DNA from: Utricularia gibba
Taxonomy: Eukaryota > Plantae > Magnoliophyta
Assembly (NCBI GenBank): GCA_002189035.1
Contig: CM007989.1
Span: 7,626,001-7,690,000 of the forward strand
DNA: 64,000 nucleotides
Direction of reading: 5' to 3'
Part shown: positions 1 through 13,383 of the stretch, one piece after another
Layout of the letters: each line of letters opens with the position of its first letter
How positions within the stretch are numbered: the first letter of the stretch is position 1
The notes under the pieces: model-generated
Seen by the model: the letters and a program-made list of their open reading frames with translations, nothing else
Told to the model about the DNA's origin: nothing
The model's database searches: none
Made by a program: the position numbers and the translations under genes

Positions 1-28
1 TAATACCTGCTTTTTTTAAATAAACTAG

Positions 29-771
29 GTATATTAAGAGGGGAATTTGTTGAAGACAATACAGTGGAACCCGTGAAAGAATTGGAAGAGAGTAAATGGT
101 CAAATGATTTGGATGATGAAGTTGCCGATCATACTGAAGCAGCAGTTGGAAGCTCAAGTACCATCTCCATTGTAACGAAACATTTCGGCAAGCAAGGTAA
201 ATCTGTGCGTTGGGCTGACCAGGTAAAGCTTTTGACACTGTTCTGTAGAGATGATTGCCTGCTAATAGATTATGCTTGTGTGCCACTCATCATTGTTTCT
301 CGTGTGCCAATGCTGCCGATCTGCATATGCGATTAAATCATCTTCTGTTGCATCGAGTTTGCATCACATGCTTCTTCCTTTGTAATGCACAACAACAAGC
401 CTACTAGGTACCTATCCGTGTTGGTTTTTCAGAACGGCAGCATTGGCTTCTCAATAGGTGCTGGAAAGGTGGCGTACGTGTCTCTGATGATCGGCCCTGG
501 TTCTGGATACAACTATGTAAGATGCTTGCCCCATCACTGCTTGATTTGTGGGTTGTGTTATTTCGTTCTTGTGTAGTTATGCTGCAATTTAATTCGTTGG
601 TTACAGAAGTCGAATCCATTGCCAGAGGAAGAGAAGTTGAGTTGGAGGAATGTGGAATCGAGAAAGCAAAGTGTGTTCCAAGATCAGCTGCGCGCTGAGC
701 GGGAGTCATTCAGAGCGGTGTTCGACGAGAGGAGGCACCATCGTTTCACTGCAGAGGACGACCAGTCGTGA
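29..771 (+). CDS. 3' end (last three exons) of an unidentified gene entering from the left edge; carries a KSVRW (RVxF-type) motif
   Basis: Exons about 29-222, 433-516 and 607-771 join in frame through GT-AG introns: ...GKSVRWADQ|NGSIGFSIGAGKVAYVSLMIGPGSGYNY|KSNPLPEEEK...FTAEDDQS*, with TGA at 769-771. Family not recognised. Confidence 0.6.
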
Positions 772-1406
772 GACGAGGCACCGAACCCTAAACGCCTTGC
801 AAGTCCGGTGCGTCGTGTTGTATTTTTGGTCGTGCCCGGTTATGCGGCTGCCGGCGGCATGGGATGGAAATGGGATTGCTGATTGCTGTAAGCAATATTA
901 TAATATACAAGGAGCTGTCTTGGGGGAAAAAGAAAAAAAGATGAAAATGATCGCTGCGAATGGCTATACTCTTATATTAATTTACATCCGTCAAACACAT
1001 TATCAAATTGATTTTATTTAAAATTTAAGAAAATTATTTTAAATGTAAAAAAAAAGTTAAAATTACAATTTAAGTACGATTACCATCATTTTTTTGTATT
1101 TAGAATTATTCTAATACAACAATTAAATTTACTGCATTTTTAATTATTTAATATGTATATATAAATAATTACGCCGAAAAGCCTCTTTTTGGGTTTCTTT
1201 ATTTTTATTTTTTATTTTTGTTTCCCTAGAATCTTCAGTCGACATATTTAAAGCGAAACCGAAATGGAAGAAAGACAGTTGAGGAGGGAAGAGGAAGGCC
1301 CCGCCACCATCCCGCGGAGATTGAAAGGGATCGGAGAAAACGATGAAGCTGCACGGAAATTTGCAGGATTTTGAAGTTTGAATCCTTGGTGATAGGAAAG
1401 GAAAAA

Positions 1407-4400
1407 ATGCCGATGAGCAGATACCAGATAAGGAGCGAGTACGGTTTATCCGATCCGGAGCTGTACCGCGCTGCCGACAAGGATGATCCCGAGGCTTTGC
1501 TCGAGGGAGTCGCGATGGCCGGATTGGTTGGCGTGCTTCGCCAGCTTGGAGATCTGGCTGAGTTAGTTCGTGTATTATTGAATTCGTTGATAGGTTTTTT
1601 ATACAAGGATTGGTTAATTTGAGAGTTTGGATTTTCTCTCGTGTTGTACTTTCAACTCATGCCGCAATTCGTATCCATTTTTGAACTTCCAACAAATTGA
1701 ACTTCTTAATATGCATGTGAATTAGATGCGGTTAGTCTTGCATTTAGTTTTCTTTATAGCTTTAGGTTTTAGGAGATTGCGTCGGAGTTCTTGAGTTGCA
1801 GTGGTTAAAAAATTTAATGAGGTTTCTGGTTTATTTTTGCTTTTACCTTTCCGATTTTTGTGCTCCCTGCCTATTTCTCCAGTGTTGCTGTATCTTGATA
1901 CTAATGCGTGCTCTTGATGACAAGACACTTGGAAGCTATCTTTGATTTGTCATTGTGGTTCTTCAAGGTTTGCTGCAGAAATTTTTCATGATCTGCATGA
2001 AGAAGTCATGGTGACTGCTGCAAGAGGGCATGACATAATGATCCGGGTGCAGGAACTTGAGGCCGAGGTTCCTTCCATTGAGAGAGCATTTCTTTTCCAG
2101 ACTGATCATTCATCTTTCTTCTATAATGCTGGTATTTTCCTTTTTTCTGATTCTTGTTATTAAACCCACCAACCGCCTTTAGTTGTTTTCTAGGATGTAT
2201 CTTTTTCATGAATACCTCGTTTTGCCCCATGATAACTGTTTTCTGGCACTTGTAAGATTTACTGATTATCAAGCACTCTGTTCTGTAAGTTAGTATTTTC
2301 CTCGAATAGTTTCTCAACATAAGTTTCTTCTCAAGCGGTTCTTTATAGTTTCTCTTGTTTCAATGAGTTGACTCTTGCAAATAAAAGCATTATGTTCCAG
2401 GTGTTGATTGGCATCCCGAGTTTAGGGAAAATAAGAATCATGCAGCATTTGAGGATATGCCTAGATTCGTTATGAATTCCTATCAAGATTGCAGAGGACC
2501 TCCTCAACTGTTTCTTCTTGACAAGTATCATAAGCTCTTCACCAATTTGTTTTCTGTTACGAAACTGCTGTGGCATCCCAAAACTCAATGGTTGCTTTTA
2601 GGTATGATACTGGGGGAGATGGAGCATGTCTAAAACGTTACACTGATCCCGCTTTTTTCAAAGTAGCAACATCAAGGAGCAGTACTGATGGCCTGTCAAA
2701 TAACAAGACCCGAAAAGCAAAGGTATGACAGTTGAAATTGAAATGCACATAACCAAGCAATGTTTAATTAAGAAAAATATGGGTTCCTAGGCATCTGAAA
2801 TTTTTCCAAGTCAAACTATTACTATTTTTTGTCATCTTATCTTTACATGTATTAATTTCCATTGTGATGCTACCAACCTAATCATTTTTTTGATCTCCAT
2901 TTCCATTTATTATCCACATAAAGCACAAAAGAGGGCCACATTTAGATAATGGCGCTGCAGCTGTTGCTCTAATGCAGTCCAATCCAAAGTGAGACTATCC
3001 TATTTTGCTTCACATACCTTTTCTTGCTTAAAGTTTGAAATCAGATGTCACAATTTTTTTTTTTTGGTTGGTATAGACTCCATCAGCTCTTTCTTGAGGA
3101 GCCCATTAATAAAACTGTTCACAAGCCCGGTCGTGTGAAACTGAAAAAGAGGCTCAATGGGTTTCCCTTTGATACGAAATCTGGAAAGAGTTATATGGAA
3201 AAGTTATTTATCACTCCTGTGGAGCATGAGATGCATTTTAGAGTCTCCAGGAGCTCGCCACTGCGGTTGCCTACTAATGTTTGTAGTGAATTTGATCCTG
3301 AAATTCCTGAAGTACGACCAGTCAGTCCTCTCAGGAAAATAACTCAGAGAATAAAAAGTTGTCCGCAACCTGATGAAGCAGGAACAACGCAGAATGAACT
3401 CATGTATGTCAATAATGATGCTTCTACTGATGAAACATGTCAGGGCTACAATTTACTTACCACAGTTGATGAGAGCAGCGAAACAGATATACATTTGGAT
3501 GGTGCAAGACAACAGGCGGACAGCATGATATGTGTGCCGCTTGACACTGCCAGTGGTATAGATGATAATCCTGCCACACCTCCACTTGTGGAGTTGGGAG
3601 GGGAAAACCATGACCTGCGACTGAAGAATGATTGGAGCTCCTCGTTCTTTCAGAGGCAATTTTCTGTCTCAAATCTCGAAAATTGTTACTCCCAGCCATC
3701 AGATTCTCACGCTATTACAAGTTCATTTAATTATGAAGACGAGAGCTATCCAGCAAGAAATTCTAACTTTATATCTACTCTCGTGAAAAGGACATCAGTG
3801 AGAAACTCATTCACAGACAGAACTTCCCTTGAAACGGTTAAGAAAAGTTGTTCAGCAGATGAGTTTCTAGAATCCTCTGTCTCTCATGACAATTATCAGA
3901 ACATGGTCGTGCTTAACAACAGCGGGCACAATGTTGAGCTGCTGGATATGGTCCCCATGAGCAATGATCCCTTGTGTAGTTTACCGCATTCTGACTCAGA
4001 AGAAGTTTCCAGTGAGGTTCAATCAAAGGGATGCATGTCAAATGAAGTCGCTTCTGTCTTGGACCCCATAAAGGAGAGTGGCCTCATCTTGGGTTCTACT
4101 TCTACTAAAAACAGGAGTTCTGATATGCAGCTGCAAGCGAATTCTGGCATACTGAACGAATCAAATTCTGTGAATTCAGCCAGTACATCTGTGGTGTCAG
4201 AGTATAATTCGGTTTCATCAACATCTCATTCACTTCGTGAAGATAACGATGACCAAGAGGTTTTGAAGCCAATGAAGAGCTCTCCTCTCTTGTCCCACAC
4301 TTGTGATGTTCTTCATCAGAGTATAGTTGACAGTGAAGAAAGAATTCTTTCCTCTAAGATGGTCGGGGTGGACGTGGTGTTGACATTCAAGATTGTTCAG

Positions 4401-7061
4401 CAATTACAGCTTGCAAGTACACTGAAACAGGCTTTGATGGCAATAGCACACAATTAACAATCCGTATTGGAGAAACGCTGGAAAATCTATCGTATTCTGA
4501 GGGCTTGAATGGTCTTTCTGCTTCTCAGGATTGTTTTTCTCGTGCTGTGGAGGCCTCCACTGATTTTATTGAGTCATGTTCACCACATTCAGAAATTGAC
4601 TCTAATGATACCCTTCCTTATGCACGTGATACATATGATGGTCAGGAGACACATGCTGTTACTCGAGATAATTTTCTTGTATCACCCTTCTCTTCTGGAA
4701 GTGAAAAGTCCCGGAGCAATAGAGAAACAGATGTTATTTTGAACAATGGTTTTGTGGATTTTGACAAACCATGTACTCCCCTTTGCAATTCTATGGATAT
4801 TGCAGGGATGTCCAGGATAAAGGGAAAGGACGCCATCGAAGCAAATAGAAATTCCCCAGGGTTTGACTTGACTGAGGCTTCCGGCCCAGCTGATGCAGAA
4901 GTTTCTAGTTATTCTATAAGAGAGAATTCCATATTGCCTGTTGAACCAGAAGATTTTGCTGCAAATCCTGTTTCTAGGTTTTCAGATGTAGGCGGGGATA
5001 TTCTTGCTGGTGACTATAGGCATCCTCAAATGAACCATCTTTCCAATAAATCTGAAGTAATTGAGAGTTCTTGTAGGGACCGTGCTGATAGCAGGTTCAC
5101 TGAGTGGAATAATTATAGTACGGTTGCTACAAATGATAATAGTGATTTCTCATGCAGCGAAACTAATATCAGGAATTTAGTATATGTTGAATCTCCTGAT
5201 GCTCTGGATTCTAACCTTGATACTGTAATTGAAAACTCATGTGACCACATGGATGCTACCTCAAGTAAGCAGCACCATTTCTTGGATGAAGGCCAGCATT
5301 CCTTGCTGCAGAGTGCTCAGCAAAGTGAAATATATTATGCTGACACTTTATGTGTTAACGAGGGTACTGTGATACAAGAAGGGCAGAGCTCACCTCCTTA
5401 TCATCTCGAGAACAAGATCATTTTTTCAAGTGAAACCCATGGTCGAACTTCTGTTTTGGAAAATCAAGGAAACATGGTCAAAAACGTCCCTGGATTTCCA
5501 AAGGAAACATCAAATTTCGCTTCCCCGCTCCGTGATGAAGATAAGGTCACTTTAAATGAAACACCACCTCTCCCTCCTTTACCTCCTTTTAAATGGAGGG
5601 TGGGAAGGCTACCACATTTCCCTGTAGGTAGCAGAGAGCTAGCCAATGACAACAGGCCACTCTCTGCAGAAATATTCATGCCTTCTCCATCTTGTGATGC
5701 AATGTCTTTGGGTGAAGAGATTAGCTGTTCTACTCATTCGGTTGATGTCAGCTCACAGGTTCAGCCGAGGTCTCCTGTTTCCGGGCCCAGCTTGATTCAC
5801 ACAACATTCCCTCATCATCCACCAGTGATCGAGCCAAGGGAGCAGCAACAGCTTTCCTACATGGTTGGTGAGGTAGGGAAACAAAGCAAGTTCCTTCCTT
5901 CAGAAATCACCATTCCTGATAAATCTAGTGCTGCGTCAGAAGAGGAGAGCATTAACCAAAGTTCCTCACTTTCCGAGGCTACCTCAGTTCATGCCCTTGA
6001 TCTAACACCAGAAGCGGAAAGCAAGGAGCAACAGCACTCTTTGGTGGTGATGAAACAGGCAGTAAATCATGAAGAGTCAGTCCCTGCAAAAATATCCATG
6101 CAAGCTGCATCTGGTGATGCTACAGCTTCCATTGAAAAGATCAGCTCTTCTGCAAGTCATCTTTCATCAGATATGAAATTTAAAGAAGGGAATGCTGAGC
6201 AGGGTTCATCTGCAGATGCGGAATTGGACAAGACCCCGTGCTCTCCAGAAGTTTTCACCGTTGCTGTCCGCGGTGTTGCTACCACATCTCTAGTTGAACA
6301 TGGAAACTGTTCTGCAGCTCCAGTCATCCCTGGAACCAAATCAAAAGAAGAGAAAGCCGAAAAAAGCTCAGCTGTGGAGGCTGACTTGATCCACACACAT
6401 CCCCGGCCAGAGATGGAAAGCAAGAAGGTTCCTGTCGATACCTCAGATGTTGTTGATGAAAACGCATATGAGGGAGTGGCGAATAAAGGAAAACTGCCGC
6501 GGCCTCGTAATCCTCTGATTGATGCTGTTTCTGTTCTCGATAGGAGCAAAGTGAGTTTCCTCGTATCTTTTTGCTATCAGTCATTAAGACCCTATCAACA
6601 CGTCTGAATCTTGATACTCAACATTACCTCGCAGCTACGCAAAGTATTACAGAATGATGGAGCTCAGGCGCCCAAGTTACCTGAAAGAGACTCACTCTTG
6701 GAGGAAATAAGGACTAAGGTACTCACCAACTGAAACCACACTCACATTTACGCTCTTCTGACCCGCGTTCCGCGTGGTTGCAGTCCTTCAATTTGAAACC
6801 TGCAGTGGGATCCAGACCCCGAGTCGAACCTCCACGAACCAATCTCCAGGTCGCTGCTATTCTAGAAAGAGTAAATACGATCCGTCAGGTGTGCACACCG
6901 TTTCTTCCTTCCTATAACAATGAACCCTTCTTCAACCATCATCCTCTCTCTTGAAAAATGTATCCACATCCTTCTACTGAACAAATGAAATGCTGCTGCT
7001 TCTGCTGCTGCAGGCGTGCGCAGGCAGTGATGAAGATGAGGAAAACTGGAGCGACTCGTGA
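1407..7061 (+). CDS. SCAR2: SCAR/WAVE family Arp2/3 activator (SCAR2-like), multi-exon; one apparent frameshift at about 4356-4368
   Basis: N-terminal SCAR homology domain [52 protein letters not shown]|[13 protein letters not shown]. Polyproline [15 protein letters not shown]2/VCA region [10 protein letters not shown]...[12 protein letters not shown]|SFNLKP. Acidic tail [14 protein letters not shown] 7059-7061. Confidence 0.93.
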
Positions 7062-7966
7062 TGTGGAAAAACACAGGGAGTAGACAGGGCAGGCAGGGTA
7101 AAGGGTAAAGTGTGAAGTTATGGAATCATTCTTACGGTGTTGTGTTTGTAAATACAGTTGAAAGCAAAGCTGCATGTCGAAGCAACACTCCCGGAATCAG
7201 AAGGGCGTGTCTGTTTCCAGGTAAACAGTAGATTGATTGTGTATCGTGAAATTTGCTTTTGGTGTTAACCTTCTGGCGAGAAAAAATTACAGTGATTGCG
7301 TGGCTGCAAATTATTGGCTCTGCTGTCTTTTGTCAGGAAGCAGGGAAAGCTTTTGGCGATTGTTCTAAAAAACAGCCAGGTTACACTTAACTTGATGAAA
7401 ATGATAGAATGGATATGCTCATTATGAGAAATAGCCGCACATGATAAAATCTGAAAGCATGTCATTTTTGCTTTGGGGGAGGTTAGATTAAAATAATATT
7501 ATTTTATGTTCTTAAATCAAACATCAAGTTTATTTATGCATGTTGTTAATTCATGTTTACTAAAGATATTATTTTATGTGAATAATGAAATAAATATTTA
7601 TTTATAGAATCTATTGAATATATTTTTAATTTCAATCATAAAATATGTATTTATGAAATATACTTATCAATTAATAAAATTAATCATTAAAGTACCTTAA
7701 ACAAGATAGCTTAGAAGGGAAAAAAAAAATGGATTGAACCAACAACAAATGATAATAGATACACCGGCAAGACGTGGGCGACCAAAATTCAGTTCAAATT
7801 CAAAACTTGGACTCGAAGTAGCTGCCCGACGGGGACGCGACGACCATGGAGGAGAACCAAGTTCTTCTCATTACAAATGACTGACGCTAACATTAAATAA
7901 CGGGGCCCAACCCCCTCCAGGCAACCGCACTTGCATAAGACATGCTGCCGTCACCTGGAAGATCCC

Positions 7967-10704
7967 TCAGCCCTGAGTCGAAAACGCACGCGAGATCATC
8001 CCCTGCGCCCACACAGCCGTTTCCTTGAGCTGTTCGTCGTCCGATTGAAGGCCTTCATTCAACAAGTCGGAGCAGAACTTGGTGTCCTTGAAGAGCCCCT
8101 TGATGTTCGGCCCCAGGGCGTCTGCCAAGTCGCCCAACACCGCAACGGTCGCCTTCGTCACGCTCTCGTCCCTGGAAGCAACCAAGACAAGACACCAACC
8201 AGTTAGAACCAGGAACATATAGTTGTAGTAGTACACGTGATTGATATGTGGTAGAGAGGAGCCAGAGAGGCAGCCAGCCACCTTTGTTGATCCCTAGCAA
8301 CTAACTCAATGAACTGGAGGAGGTGAGTCGCATGGGGCAGCATCAGCTCAGCCCTCGAGTTCTTGAACCCTTGAAGAATTCCAGAGTAGGCCTCGAAGAT
8401 GCTGCGCCTGAGCTGGTTGCAATAGTCCACCATCTCCTCATCACCATTGCCCATATGCGCACACACTTCTGATGCGCTTTGCATCATCGGCAACGCATAG
8501 TTGATGTACTTCTCAAAATGGGGACCGATCGCCAGGGCGATGTCTCCGAAGCAGGAGAAGATGGGAGGCTTTACCGACCGGTGCAATTCAGCGCTCGAAA
8601 GATCCTTCAGAAGAAGGGTCATGATTCCGTCGCAGAACGGAAGTATCTTGTCATCCAACGCACGGCATATGTCCCCAACCACTCCGACCGAGATGGCACA
8701 AACTTGGTACTCCTCAAAGTTCTGTAAACCCATTTCCAAATACTTGTAGAACTCCTGCATGTACTTCAAAAATTCCGAACCTACGGCGTATGCCAACGCA
8801 CCAATCGCCAGCATAGCTTCTTCGTGAACCGTAGAACTATGGCAGGCAAACACCTTTAGGAACAGCACCATGATTTGGTCTGCTACCTGCAGTAAGCTGG
8901 GCTTGGTATCATCAACGCTACTAAGTTTCTGAATGATAACCTGGAGAGAACCACATAGAGAAGCTTGCAGGTCCCCTTGCTTTTCCTTGTTCTCCAATGA
9001 TAGAATTTGGAGACTGAACGTCTGCTCCAATTTGGACATGATGGCAGTTAAAAGATTGGAAATTATATGCGACGTCTCCGAAAGGTTTGCACACCTCACA
9101 ACCTCGTTCAGGGTCTCGTATGCTGAAGACCGTAATTTAGAATCACTTCCATCTGTTCGGTCAGCGGTAGATAGTAAACTACTAAGGATGTCTGGAATGT
9201 ATGGGGTCAGGAGGGAAGAACTGGGACCGGAATCCTCGTATCCTTGTGCAAGAAAATAGATAGCACCGCAGACCTTTTCGGCGACACGTGGAGTATCTTT
9301 GATACTTTCCAATAACACCACCAGAATCCGCTGGAGATTAGCAGGAGTGATCACAGAGAAACCAGCGGCTGGTGAATGTAGCAACTCAAAGATACGACTG
9401 AGGGTCCATGCAGTGGTATCCTTGACGTGACTGTTTTCATCCTTCATTGCATTCAGCAGAAAGTCCAAGCCAGCATTCACCATCGGTGATAGCTTCTCAA
9501 CACTTGGTCCCTCAAGAATAGAACCGAAGGCATAGGTAGCTGCCTCCCTTGATCGCCAGTCGGTCTTTGAAATATTTGCTTCGACGAAGGGCATTACAAG
9601 AGGTACAACAGCATCACCAGCGGTTCTAGAAACAAGACAAAGGCACGTTCCACCCGCCATGGAAATATTCCAAATTTCATCCTCCTGATCGTGGTCCTCA
9701 TCCTGTTTCAGGAGAGTCTCCAGCAACATAGGCACCAAGGTTGGAAGCGCCTTTACAATAAATTGAGAATGGGGAACAGTTGAATCTCCAGATGAGCCAA
9801 CTGCATACTCTTCTTGCAGATCTAATTCTTCATCACAAATAGAGCTCCAAAACTCTATAGCTTGAAGAGCTACAGGCTCTTCATCTCCTTTCACTGCATT
9901 CGATGTAAGCTCAAAGAGCTTGTGCATGTAAGGCTGAAGAACTGCATAGTATGTAGACGCAATTGAGACGAGGCACTCAAAAGCAGCCTGCCGGATGTCT
10001 GCCTCTTTTGCGGAGGCAGCTTCACATATCACCTTCATTATATAGTTTCTCTCCATCTCGTTATTGAAGTTGGTGCGAGCAAAATCAAGAGCGTTACACA
10101 GTGCTTTAGTGGCAGCAAGACGGACTTCATGATTTAGCTCTGACACATTCATTCCCTGAACAACAGCCGTAAGGATAGCATTTACTTCATCCTGGACCAG
10201 ATCATCATCAGTTATCTCCTCACAAACATAGCCAAGACACTCCATGGTAGCTTGCTTCAGTAATGAGGGGCTCTCTGGCCGAGTCATATTAGTAAGCAGT
10301 GATCCAACAAGTTCTGGCCATTCCTTCCGCGGAATTTCGATTGAAGCTATCTTAGCAACCACCTGAGCGGCAGTATGGCTTGCCTCTCGCACAGAAGAAC
10401 CAAGGGTTTTTAAGAGAGAACTTTTAATTTGCGTTTTATGAGAAATTTCAATCCCAACCCATTGCTGCACAAGATGATCTTTTCTTGAAGCTTCTTTGGC
10501 GTCTAGAGAATTCTTTAGGATAATACCAGCAAGTCGACGAGACTCAGGAGGCTTTCCATCATTTGAGAGCTCAACTGACAATGACAGAAGAAAACCTGGA
10601 AGGTTTTGATCACGGAACTGACCAAGGATTGTCTCCGCATCCGTACGAGTTTTCGGATCCGGTGATTGAGCAGATAACAAGTACTGCGTGATCTCCAACG
10701 CCAT
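7967..10704 (-). CDS. KPNB1: Importin subunit beta-1-like (karyopherin beta, HEAT repeats)
   Basis: MALEITQYLLSAQSPD...LSVELSNDGKPPESRRLAGIILKNSLDAK and QAIEFWSSICDEE motifs. Long exon 10704-8282, GT-AG intron 8281-8172, last exon DESVTKATVAVLGDLADALG...STQG*. Confidence 0.95.
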
Positions 10705-11777
10705 TTTTTGCTGCAAAAAACATACGCATCTGTTGTAATCGTCTTCCATATTACTTCACATTTTCAGCCAAAACAAGCACAGATGACAGATCAAATCAGA
10801 TGTAAAACGCACAAGCCATTTCTTATTCAATACAAAAAACCGCAATATCAGTTCCAAAACAACTGCGAAATGCACCAAAATAACGAGTTCAATTCGCCTA
10901 CTCGACGCAGCTTGCTACGAAACACTTCAGAAAAAAGAAATCTCCGAACAATCGGAACCTACCGGAACAGATCTCACGCCTTTTTTACCTTTATCTAAAA
11001 AAAAGAAGCAAAGATAGTGAAAATCCACCTCGTCAACCTGCAAATAAAAGCACACTTCAAGCTAGCTAGGGTTTCCCGCCAGCTCCTTCGCCACACACAG
11101 TTTCTTCAAATCAACAACAATACGAGGCCTTTCAATCCGAGCTCGGGATCGCAGTTCTACCAGGTCTCTGAGCAAGGCGAGGAAAGAGAGGGAAAAGCAG
11201 AAATTTCGAATTAGCAGAACCACCGCAACGGAGGGCAAGGCGAGCGCAGGCTCCGCTTTTAAAACCCTAAACTTCGTATTTTCCACTCTCCCTCTCAACG
11301 GAATGGACCTGAGGACTTCCGAATGAATGGGCTTATTGTCCCCAATGCCCACTCTTAATTTGTTTATTTTTAAAAATAATTTAATCAGCAATATATTTGA
11401 GTAATTCGTAAGCACAGTTTACGTAATTACAATTAAAAGAATATTTTATGAATATATTTTATAAATATACATTTAAAATTTTACTATTTCAATAAATAAT
11501 ATTTGTAGTAGTGTTTTAGAATTCGGAATTAAATCTAATTTAATTTCAACTCATGATTTTTTGGGTTCAATTGAATAATTTTTATGAAAACAAAAATTCA
11601 AAAATTATATAATTATTTTATAAATTACACATTTATTGAAAAAAAAAAGATAAATCAAATAGACGTATTTATCAACATACCCATGTTTGAAAATATGAAC
11701 AAACTTAACAATTGAGTAAAATGCATTTTCAATTGAAGGTATTTTAGAACGCAAACTCTGAATGAGGAACACGTCTG

Positions 11778-13383
11778 CTACAACAGATGGGCGTAAAGGA
11801 TTCGATTCCAGGTGTCCGGGACACCAGGCAAGCACCAGTGTATGCAATCGGCGTAGTGCAGGGGGTCTGCCCTGTCTTTCTCTGACAGCAATTTGCCTCC
11901 CAGCTCTGTGTAAACTGATGTGTGGGCATCGATCCTGTACTCAGAGAGCTGCGTTATGTTGATCAAAGTCACTGGAACCTTCATCTTTCCGATGATTCCA
12001 GCAACCACTGTCATCATGCGCTTGTCGGAGCCACTCCCCCAGTATCGCTTCCGGGTCACCGGCTTCGTCTCGTTGAAGCACTTAACCCCCCCTGCATTTC
12101 CCCAGTCCGCGCTCCTAGAGGAAGCAATTACATTCCTTGTGTTTTTGGAATGAACAGATGTTGGCAAGGTAGGTATATATGTACCTTTGGTGTGTTGGGG
12201 ACATTGTCGTGAAGAACACTCTGGTGGTGTTGGGATTTACATTTGAATCCACCCAATTTGCCCAGGTTTTCAGCGCCAGGGTGTAGGATACAGCAGCTTC
12301 TAGTTCCTGGTATCCATCTTCTCCATTGGCAAATGATCCCCATCTGAAGCAGGTACATCGTTATGCATCTGTTTCTAGGATCATCTAAAGCATAAGCTGC
12401 ATGCTGATGCTTACAGTGACTTGATCTTGCGGCCGGTCATCCACCAAACGTAGGTATTGAAGACGAGGATGTCGGCTCCCAGCCAGTGCTTTGCGTGCTT
12501 AGCGACTGTATCCACTCTCATAATTCTCTTCTCAGCATCTGTAATTATGGGAACATCTGTGTTGGATTCCACCAGGAATGGTGCCCAGTAGAACTCAATG
12601 GTCGCGTTGTACTCCTGATAGATTTCACAAGCAACTCATGGAAACAGTGCTCATTTGTAAGCAGTATGAATGCAAGTGTGCACAACCTTTGCCTTGAAAG
12701 TGGAGCGTGCTCGCCCTCGTTTCATGGATTTTTGAGCTGGAGGGATCACAGCTTCCACAAGACAAACGAAGGATTGCCATTGCCCTCGCTGTAGAGAATC
12801 CCCAACGAACATCAGCCTCTTCCCCTGAAGACTCTGCAATGCCTTCTTGGGATCAAATCTGGAAGCAAACATTAGTCAGAATACGAATGCATTCTGCATC
12901 CTACGTAGATGCACACTGACCGAGGTAAGATGCAGTCATCAGGCTGCCACTCCCAGTGCAGGTAATCAGAATCTAGTCTTCCATTCTTGGAACATGTAAC
13001 CTGTCTGTCCAAATAGGGACATGTGGTGTCTGAATACAAGGGTTGAATTGAACGGTTGAAGATCCAGTTACCATTAACCAGGGTGCACTCCTTCGCATCA
13101 AACACAAAACGATCATCTGCTGCATAATTTATACTATCCCCATCGACATCTCTGCTATCTGACAGAGGGCAAACACAACATCATCTCAGTTAGAATTAAC
13201 ATCTCATGCAATACATATCCAAGCAACATTACATGTTACGGCTGTATTGACAACCGCTCGCTTTTTGGTGCAGGACGTGAGCTCGAAAGAACGATAAGTC
13301 AGTTTTTCTGTGAACATGAGGATACCCACAAGAGCAAATGCAGAGAATATGACTGTAAGTATTGGCATGGTTACCTTTCCCAT
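11778..13383 (-). CDS. TBL3: Trichome birefringence-like protein, TBL3-type xylan O-acetyltransferase
   Basis: N-terminal transmembrane segment. TBL domain with GDS motif (RLMFVGDSLQRGQW), EYNATIEFYWAPFLVESN, and DxxH motif ADCIHWCLPGVPDTWN. Exons join in frame; closely matches TBL3 as recalled. Confidence 0.92.

Noticed and set aside
2921-2992. Suspected frameshift in SCAR exon 5
   Set aside because: On re-reading, CAC AAA AGA GGG CCA CAT is in frame ([10 protein letters not shown]), so there is no lesion.
7931-9259. Several 80-108 aa plus-strand ORFs opposite importin-beta (similar cases opposite the LRR, CAF1 and SCAR genes)
   Set aside because: Antisense shadows of GC-richer coding sequence with no independent signals.
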